IMG/VR virus record: IMGVR_UViG_3300013903_000058
Source: a virus
Lineage: Duplodnaviria > Heunggongvirae > Uroviricota > Caudoviricetes
DNA length: 6,187 nucleotides
Strand: one strand, 5' to 3'
Part shown: positions 1 to 6,187 of the stretch, one piece after another
Position numbering within the stretch: the stretch's first letter is position 1
Layout: the number at the start of each line of letters is the position of its first letter
The notes under the pieces: generated by a model
What the model saw: the letters and a program-made list of their open reading frames with translations, nothing else
The model's database searches: none
What the model was told of the DNA's origin: nothing
Position numbers and translations under genes: made by a program

Positions 1-1275
<1,275 letters not shown>

Positions 1276-1296
1276 TGGCGTTAACAATGCGAGCGT

Positions 1297-1325
1297 GCCT
1301 GATGCGCTACGCTTATCAGGCCTAC
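1297..1325. repeat. REP (repetitive extragenic palindromic) element copy
   Basis: GCCTGATGCGCTACGCTTATCAGGCCTAC: imperfect palindrome of the classical enterobacterial REP type, just downstream of the gyrB stop. Confidence 0.7.
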
Positions 1326-1360
1326 GAGACTCCTGCAATATATTGAATTTGCATGTTTTT

Positions 1361-1396
1361 GTAGGCCGGATAAGGCGTTCACGCCGCATCCGGCAA
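1361..1396. repeat. REP element copy (with the previous copy, a BIME-like pair)
   Basis: GTAGGCCGGATAAGGCGTTCACGCCGCATCCGGCAA: canonical REP core GCCGGATAAGGCGTTCACGCCGCATCCGGC. Confidence 0.8.
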
Positions 1397-1411
1397 GAAG
1401 CTATAAGAAAA

Positions 1412-1441
1412 GGGCGGAGATCATCTCCGCCCTTTTTATTT
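1412..1441 (+). terminator. Rho-independent terminator closing the gyrB transcript
   Basis: Perfect 9-bp GC-rich stem GGGCGGAGA / TCTCCGCCC (1412-1420 / 1424-1432), 3-nt loop TCA, followed by TTTTTATTT (1433-1441). Confidence 0.8.
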
Positions 1442-1514
1442 CTGCAATCCGCAATTATCATCCCGCAGATCTATACTTTTTGGGTCAACACGTAACGCTT
1501 TACAGGTGATTATC

Positions 1515-1913
1515 ATGGGGCTTTTTGATGACGTTGTCGGTGCCTTTCTGAAAGGCGATGCGGGGAAATATCAGGCCATTTTGAGCTGGGTTGAGGAACA
1601 GGGCGGCATTCAAGTGCTGTTGGAAAAACTGCAAAGTGGCGGCTTAGGGGCCATTCTCTCAACCTGGCTGAGTAATCAACAGAGCAATCAATCAGTTAGC
1701 GGCGAGCAAGTGGAATCGGCGCTCGGCACAAATGCGGTGTCCGATCTCGGGCAAAAACTTGGCGTGGATACCAGTACAGCTTCCAGTTTACTGGCAGAAC
1801 AATTGCCGAAGATTATTGATGCGCTCTCACCGCAAGGTGAAGTGTCACCACAAGCCCATAACGATCTGCTTTCCGCAGGCATGGAACTGCTGAAAGGGAA
1901 ACTTTTCCGCTAA
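1515..1913 (+). CDS. yidB: Conserved small protein of unknown function, YidB family (132 aa)
   Basis: ATG at 1515 preceded by SD AGGTGA (1504-1509, 5-nt spacing); product MGLFDDVVGAFLKGDAGKYQAIL...LKGKLFR recognised as YidB. The ORF-track start at 1506 is a GTG three codons upstream and less likely. Confidence 0.9.
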   Translation: MGLFDDVVGAFLKGDAGKYQAILSWVEEQGGIQVLLEKLQSGGLGAILSTWLSNQQSNQSVSGEQVESALGTNAVSDLGQKLGVDTSTASSLLAEQLPKIIDALSPQGEVSPQAHNDLLSAGMELLKGKLFR

Positions 1914-1919
1914 GCAAAA

Positions 1920-1953
1920 GGGGAGCACGCAATGCGCGTTGCATCCCCCTTTT
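1920..1953 (+). terminator. Probable intrinsic terminator after yidB (imperfect hairpin + T-tract)
   Basis: GGGGA (1920-1924) pairs with TCCCC (1944-1948) around an imperfect inner stem GCAC-GC / GCG-TTGC, followed by CTTTT (1949-1953), 7 nt after the yidB stop. Confidence 0.5.
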
Positions 1954-2027
1954 CCCTCGGGTGTTGTACTGATTTTTGAGCGGAATCGCGTTAGCATGGG
2001 TCAGGAACCAATCTACCTGGGGAACTC

Positions 2028-2840
2028 ATGGCTATCAAACTCATTGCTATCGATATGGATGGCACCCTTCTGCTGCCCGATCACACCATTTCACCTGCCG
2101 TTAAAAATGCGATTGCCGCAGCTCGCGCCCGTGGCGTGAATGTCGTGCTAACGACGGGTCGCCCTTATGCAGGTGTTCACAATTACCTGAAAGAGCTGCA
2201 TATGGAACAGCCGGGCGACTACTGCATTACTTATAACGGCGCGCTGGTACAGAAGGCCGCTGATGGTAGCACCGTGGCGCAAACCGCTCTCAGCTATGAC
2301 GACTACCGTTTCCTGGAAAAACTCTCTCGCGAAGTCGGTTCTCATTTCCACGCGCTGGACCGCACCACGCTGTACACCGCCAATCGTGATATCAGCTACT
2401 ACACGGTGCATGAATCTTTCGTTGCCACCATTCCGCTGGTGTTCTGCGAAGCGGAGAAAATGGACCCCAATACCCAGTTCCTGAAAGTGATGATGATTGA
2501 TGAACCCGCCATCCTCGACCAGGCCATTGCGCGTATTCCGCAGGAAGTGAAAGAAAAATACACCGTGCTGAAAAGTGCGCCGTACTTCCTCGAAATCCTC
2601 GATAAACGCGTTAACAAAGGTACGGGTGTGAAATCACTGGCCGACGTGTTAGGTATTAAACCGGAAGAAATCATGGCGATTGGCGATCAGGAAAACGACA
2701 TCGCAATGATTGAATATGCAGGCGTCGGTGTGGCGATGGATAACGCTATTCCTTCGGTGAAAGAAGTGGCGAACTTTGTCACCAAATCTAACCTTGAAGA
2801 TGGCGTGGCATTTGCTATTGAGAAGTATGTGCTGAATTAA
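2028..2840 (+). CDS. yidA: HAD-superfamily (Cof-type) sugar-phosphate phosphatase (270 aa)
   Basis: ATG 2028 with purine-rich SD TGGGGAA (2018-2024). HAD motif I DMDGT (residues 9-13), motif II VVLTTGR and motif IV GDQENDIAM are present; recognised as E. coli YidA. Confidence 0.93.
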   Translation: MAIKLIAIDMDGTLLLPDHTISPAVKNAIAAARARGVNVVLTTGRPYAGVHNYLKELHMEQPGDYCITYNGALVQKAADGSTVAQTALSYDDYRFLEKLSREVGSHFHALDRTTLYTANRDISYYTVHESFVATIPLVFCEAEKMDPNTQFLKVMMIDEPAILDQAIARIPQEVKEKYTVLKSAPYFLEILDKRVNKGTGVKSLADVLGIKPEEIMAIGDQENDIAMIEYAGVGVAMDNAIPSVKEVANFVTKSNLEDGVAFAIEKYVLN

Positions 2841-2848
2841 TCAGTGAA

Positions 2849-2877
2849 CGGGCAAACGGCATGAATGCGTTTGCCCG
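2849..2877. terminator. Strong hairpin between convergent yidA and yidX (candidate bidirectional terminator)
   Basis: CGGGCAAACG / CGTTTGCCCG 10-bp stem (2849-2858 / 2868-2877) with an extended inner stem and small loop, lying in the 43-bp gap between the two stop codons. No strong U-tract on either strand. Confidence 0.5.
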
Positions 2878-2883
2878 CAGCGA

Positions 2884-3540
2884 TTAACAATTTCTGGTCG
2901 TGCATAAAATCAGGAACTGGAGTGGTGACGTTACTATATCCAGCGTAAGAGTGACTGGCAGCAGCGCATTAACGAGGCCGTGCGGGACGCCATCTGTTGC
3001 TTTGTACTCATAAAATCCCACCGTAAAGGGTTGATGGAAAACCATCACGTTTGAGTAATCCGCTTTTTTATTTTTCTGGTGGATTGAGCCTTTCAAACCG
3101 TCCAGCATCCATGTACAACGCCGGGTATCACAAATAAAACCATATTGTGTTGCCAGTGCCTTATCTTCTTCGTTGTTCCAGTCGTAATAGAGCGTAATAG
3201 CACCAGAGAAATTCTTATTACTGCTGCTTAAAATAAATTTCGCGTTATCAGAAACGGTGATTCTTTCACCATGGATTGCCGGATCGTTCAGCATTTTAAC
3301 CACCTCATCGCCGCCGGTGGTCAACAGATAGTCCAACGATTCACCAACAAAAACATAGCCTTTCGTACCGTTACTATCTTCTGCCAGCGATAAACCCTTA
3401 ATCGTGTCTGACCGCCATTGCTCGGCATGTGGACGGCTTGCAGTATTGGAAACCAATCCCCAGGTGATACATCCGGTCAACGCAAATGCCAAAGAACACA
3501 AACTGGCAGCCTTGAAAAATCCCTTAAGATTCAACTTCAT
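2884..3540 (-). CDS. yidX: Predicted lipoprotein of unknown function (218 aa)
   Basis: Minus-strand ORF with stop TAA at 2884-2886. Preferred start is ATG at 3538-3540 with SD AAGGA 6 nt upstream; the ORF-track start at 3558 is TTG. N-terminus [24 protein letters not shown] has a basic n-region, hydrophobic core and lipobox LTGC; recognised as E. coli YidX. Confidence 0.88.
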   Translation of the reverse strand: MKLNLKGFFKAASLCSLAFALTGCITWGLVSNTASRPHAEQWRSDTIKGLSLAEDSNGTKGYVFVGESLDYLLTTGGDEVVKMLNDPAIHGERITVSDNAKFILSSSNKNFSGAITLYYDWNNEEDKALATQYGFICDTRRCTWMLDGLKGSIHQKNKKADYSNVMVFHQPFTVGFYEYKATDGVPHGLVNALLPVTLTLDIVTSPLQFLILCTTRNC

Positions 3541-3678
3541 GATTAATCCTTTAAACAAGAGTACTAAGCCGTTGAAAGCATACTCTTCTTTCCCCCCAGT
3601 TTAGCGCCTGATCTCCCTTTTCAGATTTTTGCCCGACGTAGAACATTTTCTTATGGATTGTTCTTTTTGTGATCTAAA

Positions 3679-3709
3679 TTGTAGTACAACAATATAACTT
3701 TGTACTACA
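3679..3709. promoter_or_regulatory. Pair of near-palindromic DgoR-type operator sites flanking a candidate -10 hexamer
   Basis: TTGTAGTACAA (3679-3689) and TTGTACTACAT (3699-3709), both matching TTGTA(G/C)TACA(A/T), bracket TATAAC (3693-3698). The palindrome type fits a dimeric GntR/FadR-family regulator. Confidence 0.75.
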
Positions 3710-3742
3710 TTAGGCGCACAGCAAACGCGAACGTCATCACGC

Positions 3743-3754
3743 TGGTACTACAAA
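3743..3754. promoter_or_regulatory. Third copy of the GTACTACA operator-like motif in the dgoR leader
   Basis: TGGTACTACAAA shares the GTACTACA core with the two upstream sites; it lies about 65 bp before the dgoR ATG. Confidence 0.55.
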
Positions 3755-3818
3755 ATTGCCGCGTTATGCATCGATCGGGGTAAAGTAGAGAAGAACATAC
3801 AGAGCACAAGGACTCTCC

Positions 3819-4508
3819 ATGACTCTCAATAAAACCGATCGCATCGTTATTACGCTGGGTAGACAGATCGTTCACGGCAAATACGTGCCAGGCTCGCCGC
3901 TTCCGGCTGAGGCAGAACTCTGTGAGGAGTTTGCAACCTCGCGCAACATCATCCGTGAGGTATTTCGTTCGCTGATGGCGAAGCGGCTGATTGAAATGAA
4001 ACGTTATCGCGGGGCGTTTGTGGCTCCGCGTAACCAGTGGAATTACCTCGACACTGACGTACTGCAATGGGTGCTGGAAAACGACTACGACCCACGGCTT
4101 ATCAGTGCAATGAGCGAAGTGCGAAACCTGGTAGAGCCGGCGATTGCCCGTTGGGCAGCAGAGCGCGCGACCTCCAGCGATCTGGCGCAGATTGAATCGG
4201 CGCTGAACGAGATGATTGCTAACAATCAGGACCGCGAAGCGTTTAACGAAGCGGATATTCGCTACCACGAGGCGGTGCTGCAGTCGGTACATAACCCGGT
4301 GTTACAGCAACTGAGCATTGCGATCAGTTCGCTGCAGCGGGCGGTTTTTGAACGAACCTGGATGGGCGATGAGGCCAACATGCCGCAAACGCTCCAGGAA
4401 CATAAGGCGCTGTTCGATGCGATAAGGCATCAGGACGGCGATGCGGCAGAGCAGGCGGCGCTTACCATGATCGCCAGCTCGACACGAAGGTTAAAGGAAA
4501 TCACATGA
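3819..4508 (+). CDS. dgoR: GntR/FadR-family transcriptional repressor of D-galactonate catabolism (229 aa)
   Basis: ATG 3819 with SD AAGGA (3808-3812). Typical GntR N-terminal winged HTH (LPAEAELCEEFATSRNIIREVFRSLMAKRLIE) and FadR-type C-terminal domain; recognised as DgoR. Stop TGA at 4506-4508 overlaps the dgoK start. Confidence 0.95.
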   Translation: MTLNKTDRIVITLGRQIVHGKYVPGSPLPAEAELCEEFATSRNIIREVFRSLMAKRLIEMKRYRGAFVAPRNQWNYLDTDVLQWVLENDYDPRLISAMSEVRNLVEPAIARWAAERATSSDLAQIESALNEMIANNQDREAFNEADIRYHEAVLQSVHNPVLQQLSIAISSLQRAVFERTWMGDEANMPQTLQEHKALFDAIRHQDGDAAEQAALTMIASSTRRLKEIT

Positions 4509-5383
4509 CAGCTCGCTACATCGCAATTGACTGGGGATCGACCAATCTGCGCGCCTGGCTTTATCAGGGCGACCACTGCCTGGACTGCAGGCAATCAGAA
4601 GCAGGCGTCACGCGCCTGAACGGAAAATCTCCGGCTGCGGTGTTAGCAGAAGTGACGACCGACTGGCGTGAAGAGAATACGCCAGTGGTAATGGCAGGAA
4701 TGGTCGGCAGCAATGTCGGCTGGAAAGTTGCGCCGTATTTATCCGTTCCAGCCCGTTTTTCGTCTATTGGCGAACAATTAACATCTGCTGGCGACAATAT
4801 CTGGATTATTCCCGGATTATGCGTCTCTCATGACGATAACCACAATGTGATGCGCGGCGAAGAAACACAATTGATCGGCGCGCGCACTCTCGCTCCTTCC
4901 TCTCTTTATGTCATGCCCGGTACGCATTGCAAATGGGTGCAGGCCGATAGCCAGCAAATTAACGATTTTCGCACCGTGATGACCGGTGAATTACATCATT
5001 TACTGTTAAATCACTCATTGATTGGCGCAGGTTTGCCGCCGCAGGAAAACTCTGCCGATGCTTTCGCGGCTGGTCTTGAGCGTGGCCTTAATGCTCCCGA
5101 CATATTGCCGCAGCTTTTTGAAGTTCGCGCCTCGCATGTGCTGGGAACACTTCCCCGCGAACAGGTCAGCGAATTTCTCTCTGGTTTGTTGATTGGCGCA
5201 GAGGTCGCCAGTATGCGCGACTATGTGACCCATCAACAAGTCATCACCCTTGTCGCCGGAACATCGCTGACCGCGCGCTACCAGCAAGCCTTTCAGGCTA
5301 TGGGTTGCGACGTGACGGCGGTGGCAGGCGACACGGCATTTCAGGCTGGTATAAGGAGCATCGCTCATGCAGTGGCAAACTAA
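4505..5383 (+). CDS. dgoK: 2-dehydro-3-deoxygalactonokinase (292 aa)
   Basis: ATG 4505 in an ATGA overlap with the dgoR stop; SD AGGA (4495-4498) inside the dgoR 3' end. Product MTARYIAIDWGSTNLRAW... recognised as DgoK. Stop TAA at 5381-5383. Confidence 0.93.
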   Translation: MTARYIAIDWGSTNLRAWLYQGDHCLDCRQSEAGVTRLNGKSPAAVLAEVTTDWREENTPVVMAGMVGSNVGWKVAPYLSVPARFSSIGEQLTSAGDNIWIIPGLCVSHDDNHNVMRGEETQLIGARTLAPSSLYVMPGTHCKWVQADSQQINDFRTVMTGELHHLLLNHSLIGAGLPPQENSADAFAAGLERGLNAPDILPQLFEVRASHVLGTLPREQVSEFLSGLLIGAEVASMRDYVTHQQVITLVAGTSLTARYQQAFQAMGCDVTAVAGDTAFQAGIRSIAHAVAN

Positions 5384-5984
5384 ACTCCCGCTGATCGCCA
5401 TTTTGCGCGGCATTACGCCCGACGAGGCACTGGCACATGTTGGCGCGGTGATTGACGCCGGGTTCGACTCGGTTGAAATCCCGCTGAATTCTCCACAATG
5501 GGAGCAGAGCATTCCCGCCATCGTTGATGCGTATGGCGACAAGGCGTTGATTGGCGCAGGTACGGTACTCAAACCTGAACAGGTCGATGCGCTCGCCAGA
5601 ATGGGCTGTCAGCTCATCGTTACGCCCAATATCCATAGTGAAGTGATCCGCCGTGCGGTGGGCTACGGCATGACCGTCTGCCCCGGCTGCGCGACGGCGA
5701 CCGAAGCCTTTACCGCGCTCGAAGCGGGCGCGCAGGCGCTGAAAATATTCCCGTCATCGGCTTTTGGTCCGCAATACATCAAAGCATTAAAAGCGGTATT
5801 ACCACCGGACATCGCAGTCTTTGCCGTTGGCGGCGTGACGCCAGAAAACCTGGCGCAGTGGATAGACGCAGGTTGTGCAGGGGCGGGCTTAGGCAGCGAT
5901 CTCTATCGCGCCGGGCAGTCCGTAGAACGGACTGCGCAGCAGGCAGCAGCATTTGTTAAGGCGTATCGAGAGGCAGTGCAATGA
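5367..5984 (+). CDS. dgoA: 2-dehydro-3-deoxy-6-phosphogalactonate (KDPGal) aldolase (205 aa)
   Basis: ATG 5367 with SD AAGGAG (5353-5358), overlapping the dgoK 3' end by 17 nt. Product [21 protein letters not shown]... recognised as DgoA. Stop TGA at 5982-5984. Confidence 0.93.
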   Translation: MQWQTKLPLIAILRGITPDEALAHVGAVIDAGFDSVEIPLNSPQWEQSIPAIVDAYGDKALIGAGTVLKPEQVDALARMGCQLIVTPNIHSEVIRRAVGYGMTVCPGCATATEAFTALEAGAQALKIFPSSAFGPQYIKALKAVLPPDIAVFAVGGVTPENLAQWIDAGCAGAGLGSDLYRAGQSVERTAQQAAAFVKAYREAVQ

Positions 5985-6187
5985 AAATCACCAAAATTAC
6001 CACGTATCGTTTACCTCCCCGCTGGATGTTCCTGAAAATTGAAACCGATGAAGGCGTGGTCGGTTGGGGCGAGCCCGTGATTGAAGGCCGCGCTCGCACT
6101 GTGGAAGCGGCAGTCCACGAGCTGAGTGACTATTTGATTGGTCAGGACCCGTCACGCATCAACGACTTATGGCAAGTGATGTATCGG
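5981..6187 (+). CDS. dgoD: D-galactonate dehydratase, N-terminal 69 codons (3' end cut by window edge)
   Basis: ATG 5981 in an ATGA overlap with the dgoA stop; SD GAGAGG (5968-5973). Translation [69 protein letters not shown] runs open to the window end. It is absent from the ORF track only because no stop falls inside the window. Confidence 0.9.
   Translation, partial: MKITKITTYRLPPRWMFLKIETDEGVVGWGEPVIEGRARTVEAAVHELSDYLIGQDPSRINDLWQVMYR

Noticed and set aside
1295-1495. 66-aa plus-strand ORF in the gyrB-yidB spacer
   Set aside because: Its sequence is composed of the REP palindromes and the terminator hairpin; it is an artefact of repeat sequence, not a gene.
1688-1882. 64-aa minus-strand ORF antisense to yidB
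   Set aside because: Fully contained within and opposite yidB, with no translation signals.
1964-1997. Possible yidA promoter (TTGTAC 1964-1969 / TAGCAT 1992-1997) in the yidB-yidA spacer
   Set aside because: Spacing between the candidate hexamers is 22 bp, well outside the functional range, and no better-spaced pair is present. yidA may be expressed by readthrough or from an unrecognised promoter.
1939-2674. Four short ORFs overlapping yidA (1939-2139 +, 2148-2411 -, 2263-2484 +, 2399-2674 -)
   Set aside because: All overlap the yidA frame, which carries the full HAD motif set; none has an SD or a recognisable product.
3558-3558. TTG start for yidX, as given by the ORF track
   Set aside because: The in-frame ATG at 3540 has a well-spaced SD and yields a canonical lipoprotein signal peptide. 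The TTG would add six residues (MFKGLI) and has no SD.
3404-3604. 66-aa plus-strand ORF antisense to the yidX 5' end
   Set aside because: Opposite the yidX signal-peptide region, with no SD and a low-complexity product.
3667-3688. Possible CRP site (TGTGA at 3668-3672) upstream of the DgoR operators
   Set aside because: Only the left half-site matches the TGTGA-N6-TCACA consensus; the right half is TTGTA, which belongs to the DgoR palindrome. Not supportable from sequence alone.
3705-4292. 195-aa minus-strand ORF antisense to dgoR, extending over the operator region
   Set aside because: Opposite the well-supported dgoR frame. Its start would fall inside dgoR and it runs through the dgo regulatory region, which is implausible for a real gene.
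4564-5636. Minus-strand ORFs antisense to dgoK and dgoA (4564-4797, 5015-5572, 5298-5636)
   Set aside because: Shadow ORFs opposite tightly packed, translationally coupled operon genes; Cys/Arg-rich low-complexity products.

Overview
This window reads as a conserved Escherichia coli-type (Enterobacteriaceae) core chromosomal segment, not an accessory island. In order: the 3' ~1.27 kb of gyrB (+), a REP-element pair and intrinsic terminator, yidB (+), yidA (HAD sugar phosphatase, +), yidX (lipoprotein, - strand, convergent with yidA), a 278-bp divergent regulatory region carrying three copies of a GTA(C/G)TACA palindrome (the DgoR-type operator), then the D-galactonate operon dgoR-dgoK-dgoA and the 5' end of dgoD (+) with overlapping, translationally coupled junctions. 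Gene identities are from my own recognition of the translated proteins and motifs; no database search was run. I see no CRISPR array, tRNA/rRNA, integrase or transposase, or any sign of a novel defence or mobile system. Every long antisense or out-of-frame ORF in the track is explained as a shadow ORF of a GC-rich, codon-biased gene. The most worthwhile items are regulatory: the operator triplet, the unmapped dgo promoter, the REP cluster, and the poorly characterised yidB and yidX.
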